Below are positions 1 through 10,495 of a DNA stretch of 64,000 bases, in pieces. The position numbers were made by a program, and so were the translations under genes. The first letter of the stretch is position 1, and every line of letters starts with the position of its first letter. Source of the DNA: an uncultured delta proteobacterium (GTDB lineage: Bacteria; Myxococcota_A; Polyangia; Polyangiales; Polyangiaceae); assembly GCA_963782055.1 (NCBI GenBank), contig CAWAIF010000003.1:1504001-1568000 (forward strand), given 5' to 3'. The notes below the pieces were generated by a model, which had not been told where the DNA came from, searched no databases, and worked only from the letters and a program-made list of their open reading frames with translations.

Positions 1-1
1 G

Positions 2-1606
2 GCGGCGCCGCCGCAGGAGGTGACCCTGCTCAACGCGGGCAACCAGGCCTACGACTTCACCGCCACGCTGTCGCAGGGCGGAAGCTCGCCGTACGTGGTC
101 ACCCCGAGCAGCGGCACCGTCCCGCCCAAGTCGCAGGTGCAGCTCGCGGTCGCGCCGAAGACCGTCCCCCCGCAGTCCGCGCTGACGCCGGACCTCTACG
201 ACGACACGCTGGCGATCATGACGACCGCGCTCGACGACGTGCCGCACGCGGTCGCGTTGCAGGAGTCGGCGGGCGGCGCCATCCTCTCCACCAGTGCGCC
301 CCTGGTCTTCTCGCGGCTCGCCGTGGGCGCCACCCCCGCGACGCAGCAGCTCGTGATCACCAACGCGGGCAACCAGCCGGCGCAGGTGACCTTCAGCTCG
401 CCCGAGCCCTTCTCCGCCGCGGGCCCGGTGCTCGTCCCCGCGGGCGGCACGGCGACGACCACCATCTCCTTCACGCCCGACCCCGGAAGCCTGGGCCCGG
501 TCACCCAGGACCTCGGGATGAGCACGACCGATCCCGTGTGCGCGCCGATCAGCGCCGCGAACGCGACCGCGACCACGTACGACCGCGCCAGGATGCTGGC
601 GGCGGGGGACACGCACGCTTGCGCGACCGCGGTCAGCGGGGTGACGTATTGCTGGGGACGCAACTTGGAAGGTGAGCTCGGCGACGGCACCACCCTCATG
701 AGAAAGAAGCCGGTACCCGTGAGCGGCCTGAAGGACGTTCTCGGCTTGGGGCTGGGGCAGTACCATTCGTGCGCCGTGGTGCAGGGCGGCACGGTCGAGT
801 GCTGGGGCGCAGACTTCGATGGCCAGCTCGGCGGCGGGAACACCGGAGGATACTCCACCAAGCCCGTCGCGGTGTTGAACCTCGCCGATGCCACCCAGGT
901 GGCAGGTGGCGGTCAGTCATCCTACGCGCTGACGTCCGCAGGAGGCGTCGTGGCGTGGGGCCTCAACGGCGCCGGCCAGCTCGGCGACGGAACGACGGTC
1001 GACTCCAACGTCCCCGTGACGGTCTCGGGCATCACCGATGCGGTGCAGGTCGCCGGACGACGATGGACGGCCTGCGCCCTGCGTGCCGGTGGAGGCGTCT
1101 GGTGTTGGGGAGACTATTACCTCGGCGATGGCACGAAGGGATCGTCGGCCGTGCCGGTGGACACGGGGCTGACGGACGTCGTGCAGGTGGGTGGCGGACG
1201 GGGTACGGAGGGGAATGGTTGCGCGGTCGAGACGACGGGTGGGGTGGCGTGTTGGGGCTACAACCCGTACTCGACGACGCCGAGCTCGTTCGGGGGGCTC
1301 ACCGACGCAGTGCAGGTCGGGGTCGGCGAGGAGTTCGCATGCGCGCGTCGCGCGGCAGGCGGCGTGATGTGCTGGGGCGACAACTCGTGGGGACAGCTCG
1401 GGCACGGGGGGTATTTTTACTCATGGGTGCCTGTTGAGGTGTCGGGGGTGACCGACGCGGCGAGCATCGCCGTGGGCGCCAACTTCGCGTGCGTGATGAA
1501 CGGCGACGGCACGTTGCTCTGTTGGGGAAGTGGCATCAGCTATGAACTCGGCGACGGCGACCATGGCAATACCCCCAACCCGATGCCCGTCACCGGCTTC
1601 GACTGA
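2..1606 (+). CDS. Ig-like (choice-of-anchor D/ASH-like) domains plus RCC1/BLIP-II beta-propeller protein, 5'-truncated by window edge
   Basis: Frame open from base 2; 'ITNAGNQPA'-type Ig strands, then about 6-7 repeats of CWGxNxxGQLGDG...PVxV. Confidence 0.85.
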   Translation, partial: AAPPQEVTLLNAGNQAYDFTATLSQGGSSPYVVTPSSGTVPPKSQVQLAVAPKTVPPQSALTPDLYDDTLAIMTTALDDVPHAVALQESAGGAILSTSAPLVFSRLAVGATPATQQLVITNAGNQPAQVTFSSPEPFSAAGPVLVPAGGTATTTISFTPDPGSLGPVTQDLGMSTTDPVCAPISAANATATTYDRARMLAAGDTHACATAVSGVTYCWGRNLEGELGDGTTLMRKKPVPVSGLKDVLGLGLGQYHSCAVVQGGTVECWGADFDGQLGGGNTGGYSTKPVAVLNLADATQVAGGGQSSYALTSAGGVVAWGLNGAGQLGDGTTVDSNVPVTVSGITDAVQVAGRRWTACALRAGGGVWCWGDYYLGDGTKGSSAVPVDTGLTDVVQVGGGRGTEGNGCAVETTGGVACWGYNPYSTTPSSFGGLTDAVQVGVGEEFACARRAAGGVMCWGDNSWGQLGHGGYFYSWVPVEVSGVTDAASIAVGANFACVMNGDGTLLCWGSGISYELGDGDHGNTPNPMPVTGFD

Positions 1607-1639
1607 CGTCCCATCCCGCGGCGCCCTCGAGCAGTCGAC

Positions 1640-1683
1640 ACAAAACGGAAACGCGCGGCCCCCTCTTCCGGAGAGGGCCGCGC
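1640..1683 (-). terminator. Probable intrinsic terminator for minus-strand transcripts
   Basis: Stem gcgcggccc-ctct/agag-ggccgcgc (about 1652-1683) followed on the minus strand by GTTTCCGTTTTG. Confidence 0.6.
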
Positions 1684-1711
1684 CTTCCCGCGCGACACGT
1701 CCTGCCGCCCG

Positions 1712-2135
1712 TCACCCGTGCGCACCTCCCGGGGCCGGGAGCGCGAGCACTCCGTTGCTCTTCCCGTTCACCTGCGCGGGCGGCAGCGCGGCGATCGGGG
1801 CGCGCAGCAGCTCGAGCAGCGCGGGCGCCGCGGGCGCGGGACTGACGATCTGCGCGGGGACCTCCACCGGTGCGCGCGCCGCCGGGGCCGCGGCCTTCGA
1901 GGGGCCGCGCGCGCGCGCTTGCCGATGCCGAGGCGCAGGAGCTGGTCGCGCCGGGGGATGACCGCGCGCGCAGTCCGACCGGTCCTGCACCCAGGCGTGA
2001 AGCTCCGTCAGCGCCTGCATGCGCTCGTCGGTCACCGGGGCGATCTCCACCGCGGCCGGCGCGGGGGTGCTCTCGACCAGGTGCACGAGCGTGCGCGCGC
2101 TTGCGCTCCTCGGTGGTGAGGCCGCGCCGCGCATC
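1712..2135 (-). pseudogene. Frameshifted remnant (or mis-assembled 3' end) of a myxobacterial hypothetical gene
   Basis: Coherent peptide RRGLTTEERKRAR/TLVHLVES...LTELHAWVQDRSDCAR/AVIPRRDQLLRLGIGKR appears only by switching frames at (GC)n runs near 2092-2100, 1963-1971 and 1906-1918. Confidence 0.45.
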
Positions 2136-2295
2136 ACCGTCCGAGCAGCCGGCGAGGCGCTCCGCACGAACGATCTCCCGCGCTTGCCCACATGGGACAA
2201 GCACGCGTGCGGCTCGTGCGACATGGTCGGCCTGTGCCGGAAGCGGAGCGCCTAGGAGATCGTGGCGCGATCGAGCAGCGTCGAGCGCGCTCCGT

Positions 2296-2673
2296 TCACC
2301 CCCCACCCCGCAGCGCCTCCCTCACCATCCCCGCCGCCCGCTTCACATCCCCCTCCACCACCCCCGCCTCGATCCTCAGCACCCGGAACCCCATCGCCTC
2401 GATCGTCCGCTGCCGCCGCGCATCCGCCTCCGGATGCCCCGGCGCCCGGTGCACCCCGCCGTCCACCTCCACCACCAGCCGCTCGCTCAGCGCCACGAAG
2501 TCCACGATGTACGTCCCACCCAGCACGTGCTGCCGCCGGAACTTCACCCCGCAGCACCGCCGCGCCTGCAGCTCCTTCCACAACAGCGCCTCCGATCGCG
2601 TCGCCTCCTTCCCCCGCATCCGCCGCGCCCGCTGGTGAAGGAAGAAGAGAGAGGGAGCTTCGTGCGGTGCCAT
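2296..2673 (-). CDS. DUF559 / Vsr-like PD-(D/E)xK endonuclease
   Basis: ARRMR..T.SE..LW..L...G.KFRRQH..G.YIVDF......LVVEVDGGVH......D..R...IEAMGFRVLRI; ATG at 2673 preceded by GAGGGGG. Confidence 0.9.
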   Translation of the reverse strand: MAPHEAPSLFFLHQRARRMRGKEATRSEALLWKELQARRCCGVKFRRQHVLGGTYIVDFVALSERLVVEVDGGVHRAPGHPEADARRQRTIEAMGFRVLRIEAGVVEGDVKRAAGMVREALRGGG

Positions 2674-2789
2674 GCCCCCTCGAGGCGGAAGAAGCATGAC
2701 AGCCGCAGTCCCGCCGCCCCCCGGCCCCCGGAAGGCTGGCGGGCTTCTTCCGCCCGCCCGGCGTGGCACCGCACGAAGCTCCCTCGCTC
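2647..2789. repeat. Long nested inverted repeat overlapping the DUF559 start codon
   Basis: 2647-2676 vs 2760-2789 match 28/30 as reverse complements; inner perfect 12-bp IR 2684-2695 / 2743-2754. Confidence 0.9.
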
Positions 2790-2911
2790 GCCCCCTCCCA
2801 GCCTGGGCGGAGGACCTTCGCGGGGGAGGGCCCGTCACCTCCGTCCTCCATCCGGCCCCCCTCCTGGTCTCCCATCCTCGCGTCCCCCCGCCCGCACACC
2901 GCGCCCAGAAA

Positions 2912-2959
2912 CCCTCCCCGCCCACGAGCGAGCGAAGCGAGCGAGGGGCCGGGGGAGGG
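2912..2959. repeat. REP-like palindrome CCCTCCCC...GGGGCCGGGGGAGGG
   Basis: Complementary arms ccctcccc/ggggaggg; right end resembles the element at 34158-34199. Confidence 0.6.
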
Positions 2960-2971
2960 CGCTCACGCGCA

Positions 2972-3055
2972 GGGCTCGCGCGCAAGCGCGCGTGCGTGCC
3001 GTCGCCCGCCCCTCATGCGCCCCCCGCCGGCACGCACGCGCGCGAGCACGAGCCC
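2972..3055. repeat. Inverted repeat / hairpin
   Basis: Perfect 16-bp IR 2986-3001 / 3028-3043 plus outer 7-bp IR gggctcg / cgagccc. Confidence 0.8.
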
Positions 3056-3184
3056 GAGCATGAGCGGGGCGGGGCCCCCCTCATCATCCGCCCCCCCGCC
3101 CAACTGAGCCGCCCGCGACCCGGGCGCCGCGCCTCAGGCGTGGGAAGGGATGCGAAACCCGAGAAACGGCCTTAGGTTAGGCGC

Positions 3185-4690
3185 GTGGTCGACGCCCCCA
3201 AGAGCCTGGAGCCCGCAGCCGCCGGGGAGGTCCTGCGCCGGAGCCTCGCGAAGGCACCCGGCGGCATCAAGCCCGTGACCGTGGCGGACGCCTCGGTGAC
3301 GAGCGGCCTGGCCCTCCGCGACGCCCAGGCCGGACTCCACTGGCTCACCGGGGAGTACCGCGGCCACCTGCGCGTCACCGAGGACGGCGATCTGGTCCAC
3401 GTCTTCCCCACCGGCTTCACCAAGCCCTGGGAGACGCGCGATCGCCTCGCCCGCGCGTGGTCGGCCGCCGGCCGCGGCCTGCTCGGCGCCGGCCGCTTCA
3501 TCGTCCGCGCGTGGATCCTGGTCGTGATGCTCGGCTACACCGCGCTCTTCGTCGCGCTGCTCATCGGCCTCACCTTCGCCGGCCGCTCCAACGACTCCCG
3601 CAACGACCGCGGCTCCTTCGGCCTGCTGGGCGGCATGCTCCGCCTGCTGGCCGAGGCCTTCTTCTGGACGTTTCACCCCTTCTCGCCGTTTTACTACTAC
3701 GACTACGGGTACGGGTACGGCCAGGGCTACGGCTACGGCTACGGCCGCCCGGCGGTGCCCGCCCGCTCCAGCCGCCGGCGCAAGGGCAAGAACGACATCC
3801 CCTTCTACGAGAAGGTGAACCGCTTCGTCTTCGGTCCCACTCCCCCGCCGGAGGACCCCAACGCGGTGCGCGCGCGCATCCTGGCGCAGGTGCGCGCGCA
3901 GAAGGGGCGCATCGGCCTCGCCGACGTGATGCGCGTGACCGGCCTCCCCCGCACCGAGGCCGATCCGCTCATGGCCCGACTGATGCTCGACTACGACGGC
4001 ACGGTGGAGGTGGGGGAGCAGGGCGGCATCATCTACCGCTTCGAGTCGGTGCGCCGGACGGCAGAGGCGGTGCCGGGGACCGCCACGCCTCCCCCCGCGT
4101 GGGAGACGCCGCGTCGCCTGGCGCCGCTCACCGGCAACGGCGTCGGCTCCAACGTCATCATCTCCTTGCTCAACGGCTTCAACCTGGTGGCGAGCGGCGT
4201 CGTGATCGGCGCGGGCCTCACCATCTCCAACATCCTGCTCCTCTTCAGCAAGCACCCCCCGCGCGTCCTCCCGTACGACGGTGTCCCCGTCGCGCTCGGC
4301 GTGGTGCCCCTCGTCTTCTCCGCCGCGCTCTTCGCGCTACCCACCCTGCGCGCCCTCTTCCGGCGTCGGGCCGCCCGCGGCGTCGCGCGGGAGAACGCGC
4401 GCCTCGCCATCCTGCGCGAGGTGCTTGCGCGCGCCCCCCACAAGGAGCCGGTGCCGGACGAGACCCTGCGGGCCGCGTACCGCGTGGCCACCGGGGAGGA
4501 CGCGAGCTCGAAGGAGATCACCCGCCGCGTCGTGGAGCTGGGCGGCGACGTGGACGTGGGCCCGGAGGGCGAGGTGCGCTACCGCTTCGCCGACCTGGAG
4601 GCCGAGGCCGAAGCACTCGAGGAGGAACGCGCAACCGCGAGCGACGCCGAGGCCCGCCTCGGCAAGGTCGTCTTCGCCAGCGACGCATGA
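3185..4690 (+). CDS. Membrane protein resembling the plant/cyanobacterial At5g03900-like family
   Basis: VTVADAS..SGL.L.DAQ..L..L..EY.GHL.V.EDGDLVHVFP, 'FYEKVNRFVFG', two further G...V...G...Y.F repeats, several TM helices and a YGYG tract. Confidence 0.6.
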   Translation: MVDAPKSLEPAAAGEVLRRSLAKAPGGIKPVTVADASVTSGLALRDAQAGLHWLTGEYRGHLRVTEDGDLVHVFPTGFTKPWETRDRLARAWSAAGRGLLGAGRFIVRAWILVVMLGYTALFVALLIGLTFAGRSNDSRNDRGSFGLLGGMLRLLAEAFFWTFHPFSPFYYYDYGYGYGQGYGYGYGRPAVPARSSRRRKGKNDIPFYEKVNRFVFGPTPPPEDPNAVRARILAQVRAQKGRIGLADVMRVTGLPRTEADPLMARLMLDYDGTVEVGEQGGIIYRFESVRRTAEAVPGTATPPPAWETPRRLAPLTGNGVGSNVIISLLNGFNLVASGVVIGAGLTISNILLLFSKHPPRVLPYDGVPVALGVVPLVFSAALFALPTLRALFRRRAARGVARENARLAILREVLARAPHKEPVPDETLRAAYRVATGEDASSKEITRRVVELGGDVDVGPEGEVRYRFADLEAEAEALEEERATASDAEARLGKVVFASDA

Positions 4691-4697
4691 GGGCACC

Positions 4698-6593
<1,896 letters not shown>

Positions 6594-6598
6594 GCACG

Positions 6599-8464
6599 TC
6601 ACGCCTCGGCGATCACCCGCAGGATCGCCTCGCCGTACTGCTCGGCGCGCGCCGGGCCCATGCCGTGGACGGCGAGCAGCTCCGCGATCGTCCGCGGCCG
6701 CGCCGCGGCGAGCTCCGCCAGCGTGCGGTCGAAGGCGACGACGTACGCCGGCACGCCGCGCTCGCGCGCGACCTCCGCCCGGTGCGTGCGCAGCCGCTCG
6801 AACAGCGCCTGGTCCGCGGCGGCCAGCGCGGGCGCAGCCGCCTGCCCTCGCGCGGACTGCTGCCCTCTCGACCTGCGCCTCGCGCGTGGCTCCGCGGGCA
6901 GCACGATGCGCGCCGGCGCGCGCCCCTTCATCACCTCCGCCCCGACGCCCGTCAGGAAGGGAACGGGGTGGTCGGTCGGGGTGAGATCGACCCACCCGGC
7001 GGCGAGCAGCGCCCGCAGCAGCGCCACGACCCACTCCGCCGAGCGGTCCTCCAGCAGGCCGAAGGTGGAGAGCCGCGTGAAGCCGAACCTGCGGGTCTTG
7101 TCCGAGTCCACGCCGCGCAGCATCTCGGCGATCGCCAGCAGCCCGGCGCGCCGGTTCGCCCGCGCCACGCCGGAGAGCGCCTTGCGGACCACCAGCGTCA
7201 CCTCCGGGTCCACCGCGCCGGCGGTGTCCTCGCCGCGCTCGTCGATGGCCTCGCACACGTCGCAGTGGCCGCAGCCGCCGAGCAGCTCCTGCTCGTCGCC
7301 GAAGTAGCGGAGCACGAAGTCGTGCCGGCAGGTGCGGGCGTCCAGGTACCGCAGCAGATCACGGAAGAGCGCCCAGGCGTGCGCGGCGAGCGCCGGGTCG
7401 TCCCCGTCCGCGAGCACCAGCCGGCGGCGCAGGGCGATGTCGGCGCCGGAGCAGAGCAAGAGGCCCGTGGCCGGCTGCCCGTCGCGCCCCGCGCGCCCCA
7501 CCTCCTGGTAGTAGGCCTCGATGGACGAGGGCGGCTGCACGTGGACCACCGCGCGGATGTCCGCCCGGTCGATGCCCATGCCGAACGCGTTGGTGGCGAC
7601 GACGACGTCGGTCTCGCGCGCGGCGAAGCGAGACGCGACCCGGGTGCGCGCGTCCCCGTCCATGCCGGCGTGGTAGTGGGCGGCGTCCCAGCCGCGCTCG
7701 CGCAGCAGCCCGGCGTACTGCTCGGTCGACTTGCGCGTGGCGGCGTAGACGATGGCGCCGCCGCGCGGGGAGCGCGCGTCGCCCAGCGCCTCGCCGAGCG
7801 TCTCGAGGAGCGCCGATCGCGCCTGCCGCGGGCCGTCGACGCTGCGCGCGCCGAGGTGCAGGTTGGGTCGCGCGAAGCCGCGCAGCACCTCGTGGCAGGG
7901 CTCCAGCTTCAGGTGCGCGCGGATCTCCTTGCGGACCTGGGGCGTCGCCGTGGCGGTGCACGCGAGCACGCGCGGCGGGCGCAGCCGCTCCAGCAAGCTG
8001 CCCAGCCGGAGGTAGTCCGGGCGGAAGTCGTGACCCCACTGCGAGATGCAGTGCGCCTCGTCGATGGCCACCAGCGAGATGTCGCACCGCCCGAGCAGCC
8101 CGACGAACGCGTCGGAGGCGAGGCGCTCCGGTGCGGCGTAGACGAGCGACCAGCGGCCACGAAGCATGTCCGCCTCCCGGCGCCGGCGCTCCGCGAGGTC
8201 CACCGTGGAGGCGAGGTACGTCGCCTCGATGCCGCGCGCCTGGAGCGACCGCACCTGGTCTTCCATCAGCGCGACCAGCGGCGAGATGACGAGCGTGGTG
8301 CCGCCCAGCATCGCCGCCGGGAGCTGGTAGGTCAGCGACTTGCCGCCGCCCGTCGGCGCGACCACCAGCACGCGGCCGGGCCCCTCCAGCAAGGCGACGA
8401 TCGCCTCGCGCTGCCACGGCCTGAATTCCTGCAGGCCGAAGCGTTCGCGCAGCACCTCTTCCAT
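6599..8464 (-). CDS. recQ: RecQ-family DNA helicase with RQC and HRDC domains
   Basis: PTGGGKSL, DEAHCISQWGHDFRPDY, TATAT, AFGMGID, YQEVGRAGRDG, CGHCDVC, C-terminal HRDC (VPAYVV..DRTL.EL). Confidence 0.95.
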   Translation of the reverse strand: MEEVLRERFGLQEFRPWQREAIVALLEGPGRVLVVAPTGGGKSLTYQLPAAMLGGTTLVISPLVALMEDQVRSLQARGIEATYLASTVDLAERRRREADMLRGRWSLVYAAPERLASDAFVGLLGRCDISLVAIDEAHCISQWGHDFRPDYLRLGSLLERLRPPRVLACTATATPQVRKEIRAHLKLEPCHEVLRGFARPNLHLGARSVDGPRQARSALLETLGEALGDARSPRGGAIVYAATRKSTEQYAGLLRERGWDAAHYHAGMDGDARTRVASRFAARETDVVVATNAFGMGIDRADIRAVVHVQPPSSIEAYYQEVGRAGRDGQPATGLLLCSGADIALRRRLVLADGDDPALAAHAWALFRDLLRYLDARTCRHDFVLRYFGDEQELLGGCGHCDVCEAIDERGEDTAGAVDPEVTLVVRKALSGVARANRRAGLLAIAEMLRGVDSDKTRRFGFTRLSTFGLLEDRSAEWVVALLRALLAAGWVDLTPTDHPVPFLTGVGAEVMKGRAPARIVLPAEPRARRRSRGQQSARGQAAAPALAAADQALFERLRTHRAEVARERGVPAYVVAFDRTLAELAAARPRTIAELLAVHGMGPARAEQYGEAILRVIAEA

Positions 8465-8498
8465 CCCGACCTCGTCGGCGCGAGCGCGCGGCCCGTTG

Positions 8499-8879
8499 CT
8501 ATTCGCGGTAGGTGGCGCTGCCGATGCAGCGCAGGAGCCGCCGGCAGGGGGCGTTGCCCGTCTGCCCGTGGCAGGTGTCCTCCACCTCGAACTGCGGCTG
8601 GCCGGCGTAGAGGGCACGCATCACCGCGTCGGTGATCTCGTGGCCGCCGTCCTTGCAGGCGGGATCCCCGCAGGGGAGCCAGAAGAGCGCAGGCGCGTGA
8701 TCCACCACGATATGGCGGATGTGCGAGGGTTCACCCACGCCGCCGCCGCCGGATTGCTCCTCGACGTCGAGCCGCAGGCTCTCCAGCTTGGGGACCTGGG
8801 TGAGCAGGCGTGGCGCTTCGTCCTCGCGGCGCCGGCGCTCGGCGAACCGCAAGGCCGCCTCGGAGGAGCGTCGATTCAT
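8499..8879 (-). CDS. Small Cys-rich hypothetical protein (possible Zn-binding)
   Basis: 126 aa with C-x4-C-x3-H and C-x8-C motifs; ends 34 bp upstream of recQ, same strand. Confidence 0.7.
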   Translation of the reverse strand: MNRRSSEAALRFAERRRREDEAPRLLTQVPKLESLRLDVEEQSGGGGVGEPSHIRHIVVDHAPALFWLPCGDPACKDGGHEITDAVMRALYAGQPQFEVEDTCHGQTGNAPCRRLLRCIGSATYRE

Positions 8880-8972
8880 CACCCTCAAACCATAGCACTT
8901 TTCGAGAGCGCGCGCCGTTTCGATGACGCCACAACGCGCTCGCCCGAGCCGGCGTGGTGGTACGCTCGCGTC

Positions 8973-9419
8973 ATGACCAAGCTCCCCAAGCAATCCTTTC
9001 TCGCGCTCGCCGCCATCGGCTGGGCGGACGGCGCGCTCCAGCGCATCGAGGCCACCGGCCTGCTGAGGGCCGCGAAGGAGTCGGGCGTCTCCCCGGAGGA
9101 TTACGCCGCGATCGAGCAGGCGACGAAGAACAAGATCGCGCTCGAGGACGTCGACGTGGGCGGGATGAGCGAGTGGGAGCAGGTGCTCACCTACGCGCTC
9201 GCCGCGTGGTTCGCGCAGCTCGACGGCGTCGTCTCCACGAGCGAGCACACCACGATGGTGGACCTGGGCGACAAGCTGGGCCTGGACGAGGCGCTGCGCA
9301 AGCGCGCGGCCGTCGCCGCCTACGACATCGCGTGTCTGCCGGAGGGTGGCCGCCCCAATCGCTACGACTTCGTGAAGCTCGGCGAGCGCCTGCACGAGCG
9401 CATGCCGCAGCTCGGCTGA
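8973..9419 (+). CDS. TerB-like (tellurite resistance) domain protein
   Basis: WADGxL..IE and AQLDGVVSTSE TerB-type motifs. Confidence 0.7.
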   Translation: MTKLPKQSFLALAAIGWADGALQRIEATGLLRAAKESGVSPEDYAAIEQATKNKIALEDVDVGGMSEWEQVLTYALAAWFAQLDGVVSTSEHTTMVDLGDKLGLDEALRKRAAVAAYDIACLPEGGRPNRYDFVKLGERLHERMPQLG

Positions 9420-9421
9420 CG

Positions 9422-10447
9422 ATGGGACTTCGACGCCGGCTCGTCGATCTGCGGCGGAGGGCCACCCTCGCCGCGACCGACAAGTTCTTCGTGTCGCTCT
9501 CCGCCGCCGGCCGCATGCACCCGCTCGCGGCGCCGGAGCGGCACAACGTGGAGCTGGTGCGCGACGTGCCGTACGTGCCGGGTGGCGACGCCGCGCACCG
9601 GCTGGACGTCTGGCGGCCGCGGGATGCCAGCCCGGACGCGCCGCGGCCCTGCATCTTCTACGTGCACGGCGGCGGCTTCCGCATCCTGAGCAAGGACACC
9701 CACTGGATCATGGGGCTCATGTTCGCGCGCGCCGGGTACGTCGTGTTCAACGTCAACTACCGCCTCGCCCCCGCGCACCCCTTCCCGGAGGGCCTGCGCG
9801 ACGTGTGCGACGCCCTGCGCTGGGTAGCCGATCACGCGACGGAGTACGGCGCCGACCCGGGCGAGCTGGTCTTCGCCGGGGAGAGCGCCGGCGCCAACCT
9901 CGTCACCGCGCTCACCCTCGCCACGTGCTACGCGCGGCCGGAGCCCTGGGCGCGCGCCGTCTTCGACCGCGGGGTGGTCCCGCGCGTGGTGCTGCCCGCG
10001 TGCGGCCTGCTGCAGGTCACCGAGCCGGGGCGCTTCGCGCGGCGCTGGCCGCACCTCGCCACCTTCGCCCACGACCAGATCGTCGTCATCTCGGAGCAGT
10101 ACCTCTCCCGCGCCGCCGAGCTGGACCCGAGGACGCTGGACCTCGCCGATCCGCTCCTGGTGCTCGAGCGCGGCGACACGCCGGACCGGCCGCTCCCGCC
10201 CTTCTTCGTCTCCGTCGGCACCCGCGACCCGCTGCTCGACGACGCGCGCCGGCTCACCCGCGCGCTCGTCACGCGCGGCGTCGACGCCGAGCTCGCCGTC
10301 TACGCGCGCGAACCGCACGCCTTCCACGCCGTCGTGCTGACGAAGAACGCGCGCCGCTGCTGGCGCGATACCTTCCGCTTCCTGGGCGATCACCTGGGCG
10401 CCGGGCCCGACGCCGAGCGCATGGCCGGCCCGGTCGCCGACGTTTGA
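9422..10447 (+). CDS. Alpha/beta hydrolase, HSL family esterase/lipase
   Basis: HGGGF, YRLAP.HPFP, GESAG, DPL, HAF. Confidence 0.92.
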   Translation: MGLRRRLVDLRRRATLAATDKFFVSLSAAGRMHPLAAPERHNVELVRDVPYVPGGDAAHRLDVWRPRDASPDAPRPCIFYVHGGGFRILSKDTHWIMGLMFARAGYVVFNVNYRLAPAHPFPEGLRDVCDALRWVADHATEYGADPGELVFAGESAGANLVTALTLATCYARPEPWARAVFDRGVVPRVVLPACGLLQVTEPGRFARRWPHLATFAHDQIVVISEQYLSRAAELDPRTLDLADPLLVLERGDTPDRPLPPFFVSVGTRDPLLDDARRLTRALVTRGVDAELAVYAREPHAFHAVVLTKNARRCWRDTFRFLGDHLGAGPDAERMAGPVADV

Positions 10448-10495
10448 GGTCCAGCCCACGCCGAAGTCGTCTACGTTTGGAGGCACCGAGGTCGC

